A stretch of 64,000 nucleotides of DNA from a bacterium (GTDB taxonomy: Bacteria; UBA8248). Shown one piece after another: positions 42,788-52,775 of this stretch. The stretch's first letter is position 1, and every line of letters begins with the position of its first letter. A program made the translations under genes and the position numbers. The stretch is taken from NCBI GenBank assembly GCA_965221165.1, contig CBDCRP010000002.1:1376001-1440000 (forward strand), written 5' to 3'. The notes under the pieces were generated by a model. That model had not been told where the DNA came from, did no database searches, and was given only the letters and a program-made list of their open reading frames with translations.

Positions 42788-43228
42788 TCAGCGCCTGCGC
42801 CGCCTTTTCCGAGAGGGCTCCAGGGGGTCGGTCACCATGTTGAGGCGACCTATGCCCGCCGCGCGAATGATGGCCATGACCTTCACCACTTCGCCGTAAG
42901 GAACCGCGCGATCCGCCCTTAGAAAAATTTCCTTGCGCCTCCTGTCCTTGAAGAGCACCATGAGCTTCTCCTTCATCTCGGAGGCGGCCAGCGGATTATT
43001 ATTTATATACATGTCGCGGTTTTTGTCCAACGTGATGACGACGGCGTCCTCGGCCACATTCGACTTCGCCGCCTGCACCTGGGGCAAATCCACGTTCACG
43101 GCCTGATTCTGCGTCTCGAGCAGCGGCGCGGTGACCATGAAAATCACCAACAACACCAGCATCACGTCCACGAGCGGCGTGACGTTGATATCCGAGATGC
43201 TCGACCCACGGTTCAGCTTAACAGCCAA
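42788..43228 (-). CDS. tolR: TolR
   Basis: DINVTPLVDVMLVLLVIFMVTAP, LRADRAVPYG. Confidence 0.93.
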   Translation of the reverse strand: MAVKLNRGSSISDINVTPLVDVMLVLLVIFMVTAPLLETQNQAVNVDLPQVQAAKSNVAEDAVVITLDKNRDMYINNNPLAASEMKEKLMVLFKDRRRKEIFLRADRAVPYGEVVKVMAIIRAAGIGRLNMVTDPLEPSRKRRRRR

Positions 43229-43243
43229 GGGAAGCTCCGCTCG

Positions 43244-44005
43244 TCATAAACGCATGAAATGGCGGCCAACGAGGTTGAGAAAATCCGCCGTAAAGTTTTC
43301 AATTTCATCCGCAATCACCTTCATGCGGCCTTGGTAGTGATTATAGGCGATCACGGCGGGGATGGCCGCCAGCAGCCCGAGGGCCGTGGCGATGAGCGCC
43401 TCGCTGATGCCCGGCGCGACGATGGCGAGCCCGGCGGAGCCCCTGACGCCAATCTCGCGAAACGAATTCATGATACCCCACACCGTACCGAAGAGCCCGA
43501 TGAACGGGGTGGCGCTCGCCGTCGTGGCCAGAAAGGTCAGCATGCGCTCCAGCCTGCCTATCTGTTCGTTCGCAGCGCGCCTCAGCGCGCGCTCGACGCT
43601 CTCCACCCCCGTCATTTCCGAAGTGAGGACACTCGAATCCTCCTCTCCCTCCCGAGAGCGCGTTTTCAACAGTTGTTCGGCTTCCTGATAGCCCGCGGCG
43701 AACACCTCGCCCACCGGACTGCTCTCGTGCTCGCCGAGCTCCGCGTAAAGCCGGTCGAGGCGCTTGGAACGCCAAAACGCCTCGACGAACATCGCCGAGC
43801 GCCGCCTCGCCCCTCGAAGTTCCCAGAACTTCCAAATTATGATGGCCCACGAGGAGAGCGAGAAAAACACGAGCAGGAGTAAAACGAAAAACACCATGCC
43901 GCCCGACCGTGTGGCGAGGGTGATGATATCCATTTCTTGTTGAAGCGGTACTAGTGGCGAGGAATCGCCCGCCGGCAAGGCGGCCGCGGCCAAAAACGGG
44001 AGCAA
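43244..44005 (-). CDS. tolQ: TolQ
   Basis: PFIGLFGTVWGIM, VAPGISEALIATA; TTG 44005 after AGGAGGAGG. Confidence 0.93.
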   Translation of the reverse strand: MLPFLAAAALPAGDSSPLVPLQQEMDIITLATRSGGMVFFVLLLLVFFSLSSWAIIIWKFWELRGARRRSAMFVEAFWRSKRLDRLYAELGEHESSPVGEVFAAGYQEAEQLLKTRSREGEEDSSVLTSEMTGVESVERALRRAANEQIGRLERMLTFLATTASATPFIGLFGTVWGIMNSFREIGVRGSAGLAIVAPGISEALIATALGLLAAIPAVIAYNHYQGRMKVIADEIENFTADFLNLVGRHFMRL

Positions 44006-44033
44006 GACAATCCTCCTCCTGGGCGGAGCGAGA

Positions 44034-44115
44034 AGTATCGCCCTTTTGCCAATCGCAGTCAATACAAATGGCTTGATGCAAATCGTTGACATCTCCTCTA
44101 AAGCCTGGTGATAAT
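44034..44115. promoter_or_regulatory. Back-to-back sigma70-like promoters (tolQ leftward, M20-slt-anmK rightward)
   Basis: Minus strand TTGACT-17-GATACT (44062-44034); plus strand TTGACA-18-GATAAT (44086-44115). Confidence 0.55.
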
Positions 44116-44150
44116 GACCTTCCCGCCCACCGCTGGAGGCATCACCCAGA

Positions 44151-45356
44151 GTGGATATTCAAGAGGCTAAAATCGCCATATCGAAGCACATCGACGATGA
44201 GGCGGACGCGCTGTGGGCGCTCTCTCTCACGATTCACGCCGACCCAGAATTGAGCTTGGAGGAGCACCGCGCGGCCGAGCGCCTGTGCGCCTATCTCGAG
44301 GAAAACGGATTTACCCTCACCCGGGGCCTGGCGAATCTGTCCACCGCGTTTCGCGCGGACAGACGCGCGGCGGATGAGCTAAAGCCATCCGTCTCGTTCT
44401 TATCGGAATACGATGCACTACCTGGCCTCGGGCACGCCTGCGCCCACAACATCATCGGGGTCGCCAGCGCGGCTGCGGGCGTTGCGCTCAAAGAAGCGCT
44501 CGGCCCCGAATGCGGAGGCGTCACTGTTTTCGGTACACCCGGAGAGGAGGGTGGAGGCGGCAAGATTTTGATGGCGCAAACCGGCATGTTTCAGGAGGTG
44601 GGCGCCGCCATGATGATGCACCCATCGAACGAAACCAGGGTCGAGGTAAATTTTCTCGCGCTCTCCGAACTCCGTTTTCATTTCAGGGGACGCGCCGCGC
44701 ACGCCTCCGCGGCGCCCGAGCAAGGCGTCAACGCGCTCGACGCCCTCATCGCCACGTTCAACGCCGTCTCCTTGCTTCGCCAGCAGCTTCCCCAGGGAGA
44801 CCGCGTGCACGGCGTCATCACCGAAGGCGGGGAAGCGCCCAACATCATCCCCGAGAAAACCTCTGCGTGGTTTTTCGTGAGAAGCGACACGCTGGAAGGA
44901 CTCGCAGAGCTGTGCTCGCGGGTCGTCGCCTGCGCGGAAGGGGCGTCCCGAGCCACGGGCGCGGAACTCGAAACGGAAAAAAGCCCCATCACCTACGATC
45001 CTATGCGGCCCAACTCCCCGCTGGCGTCATTATTTCTGAAAAACCTGAACCGACTCGGCGTTCACGAACCGGACTCGCCACCGCCCCTGCGGATGGGATC
45101 GTCCGACTTGGGAAACGTCAGCCAGCAAACGCCTACCATTCATCCGCAAATCCAGATGGCTCCCCCGGGAGTTTCCGCGCACACTCAGGAGTTCGCCGAA
45201 GCATCGGCGGGAGCGGAAGGCAGGCGAGTCCTGCTCACCGGTGCCAAGGCGCTGGCGATGACGGGAGCGGACTTTCTTCTGGATGAGGGCGCGCGCAAAG
45301 AGATTGAAGCCGAATTCGCGCGCCTGGGAAATGAAAAACGAAAAACGGAAATCTAA
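44151..45356 (+). CDS. M20D amidohydrolase (HmrA/PM20D2-like)
   Basis: PELSLEE, EYDALPGLGHACAHN, GTPGEEGGGGK, GSSDLGNVS. Confidence 0.9.
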   Translation: MDIQEAKIAISKHIDDEADALWALSLTIHADPELSLEEHRAAERLCAYLEENGFTLTRGLANLSTAFRADRRAADELKPSVSFLSEYDALPGLGHACAHNIIGVASAAAGVALKEALGPECGGVTVFGTPGEEGGGGKILMAQTGMFQEVGAAMMMHPSNETRVEVNFLALSELRFHFRGRAAHASAAPEQGVNALDALIATFNAVSLLRQQLPQGDRVHGVITEGGEAPNIIPEKTSAWFFVRSDTLEGLAELCSRVVACAEGASRATGAELETEKSPITYDPMRPNSPLASLFLKNLNRLGVHEPDSPPPLRMGSSDLGNVSQQTPTIHPQIQMAPPGVSAHTQEFAEASAGAEGRRVLLTGAKALAMTGADFLLDEGARKEIEAEFARLGNEKRKTEI

Positions 45357-45357
45357 C

Positions 45358-47580
45358 GTGAAACCACGCCCTTACATCATCGCCATCCTCGGCATGTTTC
45401 TGCTGCCTACGCTCGCATGGCCTGCGCCAAAGGCGCGCCGCACACGCGCAACGAAGCCAATGATCGAGAACCAGGCCGCGCACTCGGCCCTGTTCGCAAA
45501 GCTCGAAAAACTCCTAGCGATGAAGCGATATGACGAACTCATCCGGACGCTGCACCGGGAAAAAACGAACCTGGGCGGCAAGCGTTCTTTTTTGCTGGGA
45601 CACGCCCACTTGAAGCTCAAGCAATATCGCCCGGCCATCAAGTCATTCCAAAAAGCGCTCGAGCAGATTCCCGCGCTCGAGAACTACTCGCTTTTGTTTC
45701 TGGCGAAAGCCGCGATCGGAGCCAAGGATGACGACATCGCCCGGCGCGCGCTCGAGAGACTGGTCAAGAAAGGGAAAAAAACTCCCGAGCCTCCCTTCGT
45801 CTACGAAGAACTGATACGCATACACCGGGAGGAAAAACGGCCCCTGCGCGCGGCGAAGCTCGCAAGGCGCTACATCCTCTTGTTCCCGAAAAGCATCAAG
45901 GCACCGGATTTTCTGCTCATGCGCGCCAAGGTGCTCCGCGCCGCGCGGCGAAATCGAGAGGCCGCGCTCGCCTTTCGGGAGTTGTGGCGGCGGCATCCCG
46001 AGCACCCCGGCGCGCGAAGGGCGCTCAAACGCGCGTTGAGAATCGGCGCCGCGCTCTCTCCGCCGCTCAAAAAACCGGGACCCAAGACCTACTACGAACG
46101 CGCCCGCCTCCTCAGAAAGCGCTATCACTTCGAAAAGGCATTGAGAGGCTTTCGAGACTTGAAGCGCCTGTTTCCCAAGTCTCCCTACCATAGGGGCACC
46201 GTCTTCAACGAAGCGCTCGCGCTCTTTTCCCTGCGCAAAACGAAACAGGCGGACCCCGCCCTCAGGCACGCCATCAGACATTACCGCGTAGGCAGCTCCC
46301 AGCGGGCGGAGGCGCGGTATTATCTGGGCAGAAATCACCTGCGCAAGGGAGATCAACCCGCCTTCGAAAAACAGGCGCATCGCTTGCTCAAGGAGACGCG
46401 AAAAGGTAAATGGGCGGCGAAGACGCGCTTCCTGCTGGCCCGCGTATACGAGGACGACCGCGCTTACAAAAAATCCGCGCGCTATTTCAAAGAGGTGATC
46501 TCCAAGCACCCGCGTTCCCCGCTGGCGCCCAAGGCGCTGTTCCAACTCGCATGGCTTCGCTTCCAGTCCAATGACTTCCGCCGGGCGCACCAGGGATTCT
46601 CCAGGATGAAAACCACCTACCCCGAACATTGGCTGGTCTCATCCGCCACCTACTGGGCCGGCGTCTCGGCGGAAAAAAGGGGCGAGCGAAAGAGCGCCCT
46701 CGCCCAATACCGCGCCTGCGCCCGGGAACATCGCCACCGCTATTACGGACAGCAAGCCCTGCGCGCGATCGCCCGTCTCGCGCGGGGGGGAGAATCAGAC
46801 GCACCGAAACCGCCCCCCCTGAGTGAAGCCGGCTACCGGAAGTGGATGCGCCCTCCCCCGAAAAGCGCCGCTATCCGGGAGGTGGCCCGAATGCTCTCCT
46901 CCATGGGCTTTCATGAACACGCCGCCCTGGAGTACCGCCGCCTCGGCCCATCGCCGTATTCGCGCTATTTCGCGGCGCGCGCTTTCACGGAAGCGGGACA
47001 AAGCCACCGCGCCATTCATCTGATCAACGAATCCTTTTGGGACGCGGTACGCGCGGGCGGGAGCGACTTGCCGAGGGATTTCTGGAAAACCGTCTATCCG
47101 CTCGTCGTCAAACACACCGAACCCGGCGGGGCGAACCTCTATCTGGTGAACGCCATCATCAGGGCGGAGAGCGCCTTCGACCCGCGCGCGTTCTCCCCCG
47201 CCGGCGCCCGGGGGCTGATGCAGCTCATGCCCGCGACCGGACGCAGGCTCGCGAGAAAACACAAAATCCGCATCAAATCCGTAAGCGACCTGTTCGACCC
47301 GGAGGTCAACACCCGCCTGGGCGCGAGGCACCTGGGCGCGCTCATTCGCGAGTTCGGCGGCGCGCTCGTTCCCGCGATAGCGAGCTACAACGCTGGCCGG
47401 GGCGCGGTCAAAAGATGGTGGAAAGCCGGACGCGGCAAGCCGATGGAAATCTTCATCGAGGAGATTCCCTACCAGGAAACGAAAAACTACGTCAAAAGAG
47501 TGTTGGGCTACTACCACGAATACAAAAGAATCTACGGAGAGACGAATCGCTCGAACGCGCTGAGGGCGCCTCCCTCATGA
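45358..47580 (+). CDS. slt: Slt70-like soluble lytic transglycosylase with TPR superhelix
   Basis: Signal peptide, TPR repeats, IRAESAF, GARGLMQLMP, ASYNAG, ETKNYVKRV. Confidence 0.9.
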   Translation: MKPRPYIIAILGMFLLPTLAWPAPKARRTRATKPMIENQAAHSALFAKLEKLLAMKRYDELIRTLHREKTNLGGKRSFLLGHAHLKLKQYRPAIKSFQKALEQIPALENYSLLFLAKAAIGAKDDDIARRALERLVKKGKKTPEPPFVYEELIRIHREEKRPLRAAKLARRYILLFPKSIKAPDFLLMRAKVLRAARRNREAALAFRELWRRHPEHPGARRALKRALRIGAALSPPLKKPGPKTYYERARLLRKRYHFEKALRGFRDLKRLFPKSPYHRGTVFNEALALFSLRKTKQADPALRHAIRHYRVGSSQRAEARYYLGRNHLRKGDQPAFEKQAHRLLKETRKGKWAAKTRFLLARVYEDDRAYKKSARYFKEVISKHPRSPLAPKALFQLAWLRFQSNDFRRAHQGFSRMKTTYPEHWLVSSATYWAGVSAEKRGERKSALAQYRACAREHRHRYYGQQALRAIARLARGGESDAPKPPPLSEAGYRKWMRPPPKSAAIREVARMLSSMGFHEHAALEYRRLGPSPYSRYFAARAFTEAGQSHRAIHLINESFWDAVRAGGSDLPRDFWKTVYPLVVKHTEPGGANLYLVNAIIRAESAFDPRAFSPAGARGLMQLMPATGRRLARKHKIRIKSVSDLFDPEVNTRLGARHLGALIREFGGALVPAIASYNAGRGAVKRWWKAGRGKPMEIFIEEIPYQETKNYVKRVLGYYHEYKRIYGETNRSNALRAPPS

Positions 47581-48791
47581 GCAACCCGCGCTCCCTTTTG
47601 GCCATCGGCCTGATGTCGGGAACCTCCGCCGACGGCGTGGACGCCGCCCTGGTCCGGATTCTCTCGGACGATAGCCCAGAAGTCGAAACGCTGGGCTTTC
47701 ACGCTGCCCCCTACCCAAGGAGTCTAAGGGAGCGGATTCTGCTGGCTGCGGGCGAGGAAGGTGCGCGGACGGACGAGATATGCTCGCTGCACCGGGAGGT
47801 GGGCGAGGCCTTCGCCTCCGCCGCGCTCGAGGTGGCGTCAAGGGCGAAAATTCCAATAGAGAGAATCGATTTTCTGGGCAGCCACGGTCAAACGGTGCGG
47901 CATCTTCCGGAGGGCACGGAGGGTGAGCGCAGGCCACTGCTCCCTTCCACCTTTCAGATAGGCGACCCCGCTTTCATTGTCGCGCGCACGGGAATCACTT
48001 CCGTCTGCGATTTTCGTCCGCGAGACGTAGCCGCGGGCGGCGCGGGCGCTCCCCTGACTCCCTGGGCGCACCGGATTCTCTTCAGCCGAGAAAACGCCGC
48101 CTCCGCCTTCTTGAATCTGGGCGGTATCTCGAACATCACCTACCTCCCCCCCGTGGGCGAGGAGGGTATTTTCGGCTTCGATTGCGGACCTGCGAACATG
48201 ACGCTCGACGTTCTCGCACGGCGGATCACGAACGGGGAGAAAACTCACGACACAGGCGGCAACCTCGCGGCGGCGGGCCGCGTATGTCCCGACACCTTGG
48301 CCGAACTTAAACGACATGCCTATCTGAAACGAAAACCGCCCAAAAGCACGGGCAGGGAGATGTTCGGCGAGGCGTTCACCGATGAAGCCATCGAGCGCAT
48401 GGCCTCGCGCGCGAGCGACCCGAAGGACGCCATTGCCACGCTCACCGCTTTTTCCGCTTCGTGCGTCGCGGATGCGATACGAGACTTTTTCCCGAAAGAC
48501 GCGCCACCCGCCGAGGTGATAATCGGTGGTGGCGGCGTCCACAACAAAACCCTCATGCGCCGCCTGCGCGACGCCCTCGGCGATCTCCCCCTCGTAAGAA
48601 GCGATGCGAGGGGCGTTTCGCCCGATGCGGTCGAGGCCGTCTGTTTCACCCTGTTGGCGTGGGGCACACTTTCCGGGCAAGCGAACAACCTGCCGAGCGT
48701 TACCGGCGCAAAAGAGGCCGTATGCCTCGGAAACATCACGCCGGGGCGGAATTTCGCCTCACTGATGCGGCGTTTTCACGACGCCGTATGA
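47577..48791 (+). CDS. anmK: Anhydro-N-acetylmuramic acid kinase
   Basis: GLMSGTSADGVD, GSHGQT, DFR, NLGGISN, PPKSTGRE; ATGA overlap with slt. Confidence 0.95.
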   Translation: MSNPRSLLAIGLMSGTSADGVDAALVRILSDDSPEVETLGFHAAPYPRSLRERILLAAGEEGARTDEICSLHREVGEAFASAALEVASRAKIPIERIDFLGSHGQTVRHLPEGTEGERRPLLPSTFQIGDPAFIVARTGITSVCDFRPRDVAAGGAGAPLTPWAHRILFSRENAASAFLNLGGISNITYLPPVGEEGIFGFDCGPANMTLDVLARRITNGEKTHDTGGNLAAAGRVCPDTLAELKRHAYLKRKPPKSTGREMFGEAFTDEAIERMASRASDPKDAIATLTAFSASCVADAIRDFFPKDAPPAEVIIGGGGVHNKTLMRRLRDALGDLPLVRSDARGVSPDAVEAVCFTLLAWGTLSGQANNLPSVTGAKEAVCLGNITPGRNFASLMRRFHDAV

Positions 48792-48863
48792 GGCGGCGCA
48801 TACACAAATTACCCAAAATGTGACATCATGCTCTCTCTATTCTCGACTAACAGGAGGCGCCAC

Positions 48864-50051
48864 TTGGACACGACCATCGAGACGCAAGCCATCTCACTCA
48901 CCAAAGAATTGATCGGGATTCCCAGCGAGAATCCCACGGGGGATGAGTCCGCCATGTCGGATCGGATGGAAGCGTTTTTTCGAGAGGTCGGCCTCGAGGC
49001 GGTGCGCGAGCGCGTGGACGAGAGACGTGAAAACGTGACCGCCGAGATCACGGGCGCGGGAGGCGGCCCCGCCCTCGTCTTCCTCAACCACATGGATACC
49101 GTGCCAGCGGGCGAGGGCTGGTCGCGCAATCCATTTCTCGCGGCCGAGGCGGACGGAAAAATCTGGGGGCGGGGAAGCTGCGACATGAAGGGCGGCATCG
49201 CCGCCAGCCTCGCGGCCATCGCGGATATCAAGAAACGAATCGACGGCGGCGCGAAGGCGCAAGCCACGGTTCGCTGCTGCATGGTGGTGGATGAGGAAAG
49301 CGGCTGCATGACCGGTACGGCGGCGGCCATAGAGAGTGGGCACATCGGCGCGGAGGACATCGTGATTTCCTGCGAGCCGACCGAACTTTCCCTAGTAACG
49401 GCGCAAAAAGGCGCCATGTGGTTCGAACTCATTTTCAGAGGCAAAAGTGCCCACGCCGCGACGCCCCTCATGGGCGCGGACGCGATTCATGCCGCATCCC
49501 ACATGGTGGTAGCTCTCCAAGAAGCCGTAGCACAAATACCCTACGAAGACCCGCTTCTGGGACGATGCACCATGATCACCAGCATCATCAAGGGAGGACA
49601 TAAAACCAACGTGGTGTCCGAGAGATGCGAGATGCAGATAGACTCCCGCTTCGTTCCACCCCTTCAGGTAACCGACATCCAGCAGATCATTCACGAAAAA
49701 GCCGCCGAGGCGTGCGCCCGGGTGGCCGGGGTCGAACTCTCCTTACGCCCCACCATTGCGGACCGCCCCCCTGTTACGGCGGATACCGACAGCGCAGGTG
49801 CGAGACTCATTCTGGAGACTTTAAAAGAAACCCTAGGCGCTGAACCCATCCCTGCGGGTGTGAGCTATTATTCGGACGCAGGAATGGCCGCAGCGCAAAC
49901 CGGAAATAGAAACTGTTTTCTCGTCGGCCCGGGAAACATCGAACAAGCCCACACGCCCAATGAATTCATCGAAGTCGATTCTCTGAAAAAAGCAGCCCGC
50001 GTCTATACCATTCTGCTCAAGAAATTCGCGCTGGGCGAAACCTCGCGATAG
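48864..50051 (+). CDS. M20A ArgE/DapE family deacylase
   Basis: NHMDTVP, GRGSCDMKGG, DEE, EPT, AHTPNE; TTG after AGGAGG. Confidence 0.9.
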   Translation: MDTTIETQAISLTKELIGIPSENPTGDESAMSDRMEAFFREVGLEAVRERVDERRENVTAEITGAGGGPALVFLNHMDTVPAGEGWSRNPFLAAEADGKIWGRGSCDMKGGIAASLAAIADIKKRIDGGAKAQATVRCCMVVDEESGCMTGTAAAIESGHIGAEDIVISCEPTELSLVTAQKGAMWFELIFRGKSAHAATPLMGADAIHAASHMVVALQEAVAQIPYEDPLLGRCTMITSIIKGGHKTNVVSERCEMQIDSRFVPPLQVTDIQQIIHEKAAEACARVAGVELSLRPTIADRPPVTADTDSAGARLILETLKETLGAEPIPAGVSYYSDAGMAAAQTGNRNCFLVGPGNIEQAHTPNEFIEVDSLKKAARVYTILLKKFALGETSR

Positions 50052-50135
50052 CCATTCCCGTCACCGTCTCTTCTACTTTTTGTTCTCCACTGCTCATGCC
50101 AAGCCGAGGCGAATGAAATTTGGGACCGGAAATCA

Positions 50136-52775
50136 TCAGGAGCGCCCGTCCAGCGCCCGGAGCATCTCCTTGATGCTATCGAGCGATTCTGACGCACCAA
50201 GTTCCCGAAAAATACGGCCCGCCTCCGTCAAGCGCCCACGCGAAGCTTCCCACTCCCGCTCCTCGAAATCCACCCGGCCTAAATTTCCCAGCACCACCGC
50301 CTGAGCGAGGGCGTCGTCCAGTTCGCGACTAATCACCAGGGCCGTTTCATACGCTTCGCGCGCTTCCGGGAAATCTCCCCGCGCGTAGTGAATGTTCCCC
50401 ATGCCACTCAAGTTCGCCGCCTCGCTTTTTCTGTTCTCAAGTCCACGATTCAGGCGCAAGGCATTTTCGTAGTACCGCAGCGCGCGCGTGAATTGCTCTT
50501 GCGCCGCAAAGCTCACCCCCATCTGGCCGAACACTAGGGCTTCACCCGCCTTGTCCCCGGTTTTTTGGCAAAGATTCAAGGCTTCCTCCAGGCTCGTTTG
50601 AGCAAGTTCGTACTCCCCCGCCTCGCTCCGAACGGAAGCCAGCGCGATGTGCGCCCGCGCCTCGCTGCGCCTATTTCCCAATCTGTGATACAAGTGCGCC
50701 GCTTCAGAAAAGTGTTCTTTGGCTTTTCCGTTATCCCCAAAACGGCGCAACAATCGACCGATCCGCATGCGCAAGGTGGAGAGTTGCGTGAGCTCTCCCT
50801 GTGGTCCGATGCAACCGAGCGCCTTTTCGTAGGATTCCGCCGCCCGCGCGTAATCACCCTTGCGCTGATAAAAATACCCCAGATTCCTGTAGATCACCGC
50901 CTGTATAGACGCATCCCGGCCCGCTTCACGGAAAGCCTCGCGACAATAGGATATCGCGGGCTCCACTTTGTCCCGCAGGCAGGAGGCCACGGCCAGCGCG
51001 TTAAGAACGGGCGCGAGCCGACTCGTGCGCCGCAGTGATTCTTTGAGGTGGTCCGTAGCCTCCTCGTTATGTCCCAGAATCATCTCGATAATAGCCAAGC
51101 GCAAGAACTCCTCAGCCGTTGGCGTCTGACGGCTATTCTCGCGCTGGTCCAGATCAATGCGAGAGGCATTCGCCACCCCCGAGGTCCAGGCGGGAAGAGT
51201 TTGATCCATGCTTTCTACCAGAAGTAAATCACCCGGGAAAATATCCTCCACGAGTTCACGTATCAATTCAGAGGGCGTGTTCGCTGGAGCCTCATGCGAA
51301 GCAGCCGGCAACGAAGCGTCGCCAGTGCGGGCGAGTTGCTCCACATCATCGTCTAGTGGAAAATCAGGCTCCTCAGCGACGAGTTCCTCTTCAGTTTCCT
51401 CATCAGGAGTGTCGCTTCCCGAAAAAGCTTCATCCTCTCTGCGCTCTCGCTGAATGAGGGAGATGAGATCATCCTCGGGAGCGAGCGCCGGAGCGACTTC
51501 CTCTTTCGGCTCTGGACGGGAAGGGATATCTTCGGACTCAAGCGCTCGCACATCGGGGGAAACCTCATAGGCTTCATCCTCATTGAGAGTCATCTCCGCA
51601 TCCCGAGGCGGTAGGTTTTCTTCCTCTTGCATCTCCTCCTGGTCCCTGAACCGAGACTCCGGCAGTGATTCCCGCATGGTCTCCGGGGCCTCATCATCCA
51701 CATCTTCTCCCGCCTCCTGCGCGGGTTCAGGAAGGATCTCCGCCACGCCCTCACCCTCACGCGTGAGTTGTAGAACCTCGCCTTCTTCCTCATCATGAGG
51801 CGCATCGTCGTCGGAAAGCGCAGCATTGCGGATCTCGCTCACAGCAGGAATCCGCAAGCGCTTGGGAACGTCTGCGTCTTCGCCCGATTCGTCGGCTTCA
51901 GGAGCCGCTTCCTTTTTAGCGAGAACACCTTCGCCTACGGGCAAGATTCCCGGTTTGGCCGCATTGTCCGCCGCATCCACGAAATCCCCGTATCTTTCCA
52001 CCAATGAATCCTGCGGTTCTGCAGAAACATCTCCCTGCGCATCGGATGAGTCCGCCACCTCAGGTCTGAGGACCTCACGCACCGAGTCTCCCACATTAAG
52101 GAGCGGCGCATAACGCTCGGGCGAAAGTTCTTCTTGCGTTTTTTCATCCAAAATTCGCGTTTCAGGGGCGGCTCCAGCCCCTGCCCGCTCATCTCCCCCG
52201 AAAACGGTTCGTGTGTCTTCCACTGGGTGATGAGAAATATCATCCTCCGGTGATTCGCGCGTCTCATCCGAGGTGACGTCCACCAGTTGGTCCACGGCTC
52301 GGCGGTATCCCGCTTCCTGGGGTGCCGGCAAATCCTCCCACCAGGGCGCGCTTGACTCCACGGTAGGTACATCATCCACTGGAAGCTCAGCCTCCTCATC
52401 CTCTTCAAGAAGAACCTCATCTTCGGGGAGAACCTCGCGCCTCTCCTCTTCGATCACTCGTACACCTTCTTCTATGTCATCCAGCGAACCTAGTAAATTT
52501 TCATCCGCCTCGGGGACATCCTCGCGTTGCGCCGATTCTGCTTTCCCCTCCTCGACATCAGGAATAAAATCCTCGATGAACCGTGATGAAACATCCTCCC
52601 AACCGTCAGGCGCGCCACCCCCAGACCCGCCTTCCAAGAGCCCTCCCCATCTTTGCGCCGAAAGCCCGCTGCGTCTCATGGCACGGCGGCGCATCCACAA
52701 AACGACGGGGATGCTCAGCAAGGCGAGCAAACCCACCACGCCGAACGCCACTTTCCAGGTAACAGCGTCAAACAT
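50136..52775 (-). CDS. Membrane-anchored protein: N-terminal TM, long acidic low-complexity region, C-terminal TPR repeats
   Basis: TM VAFGVVGLLALLSIPVVLW then RRRAMRR; E/D/P-rich middle; repeated A...NLG...G...A...Y..AL. Confidence 0.8.
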   Translation of the reverse strand: MFDAVTWKVAFGVVGLLALLSIPVVLWMRRRAMRRSGLSAQRWGGLLEGGSGGGAPDGWEDVSSRFIEDFIPDVEEGKAESAQREDVPEADENLLGSLDDIEEGVRVIEEERREVLPEDEVLLEEDEEAELPVDDVPTVESSAPWWEDLPAPQEAGYRRAVDQLVDVTSDETRESPEDDISHHPVEDTRTVFGGDERAGAGAAPETRILDEKTQEELSPERYAPLLNVGDSVREVLRPEVADSSDAQGDVSAEPQDSLVERYGDFVDAADNAAKPGILPVGEGVLAKKEAAPEADESGEDADVPKRLRIPAVSEIRNAALSDDDAPHDEEEGEVLQLTREGEGVAEILPEPAQEAGEDVDDEAPETMRESLPESRFRDQEEMQEEENLPPRDAEMTLNEDEAYEVSPDVRALESEDIPSRPEPKEEVAPALAPEDDLISLIQRERREDEAFSGSDTPDEETEEELVAEEPDFPLDDDVEQLARTGDASLPAASHEAPANTPSELIRELVEDIFPGDLLLVESMDQTLPAWTSGVANASRIDLDQRENSRQTPTAEEFLRLAIIEMILGHNEEATDHLKESLRRTSRLAPVLNALAVASCLRDKVEPAISYCREAFREAGRDASIQAVIYRNLGYFYQRKGDYARAAESYEKALGCIGPQGELTQLSTLRMRIGRLLRRFGDNGKAKEHFSEAAHLYHRLGNRRSEARAHIALASVRSEAGEYELAQTSLEEALNLCQKTGDKAGEALVFGQMGVSFAAQEQFTRALRYYENALRLNRGLENRKSEAANLSGMGNIHYARGDFPEAREAYETALVISRELDDALAQAVVLGNLGRVDFEEREWEASRGRLTEAGRIFRELGASESLDSIKEMLRALDGRS

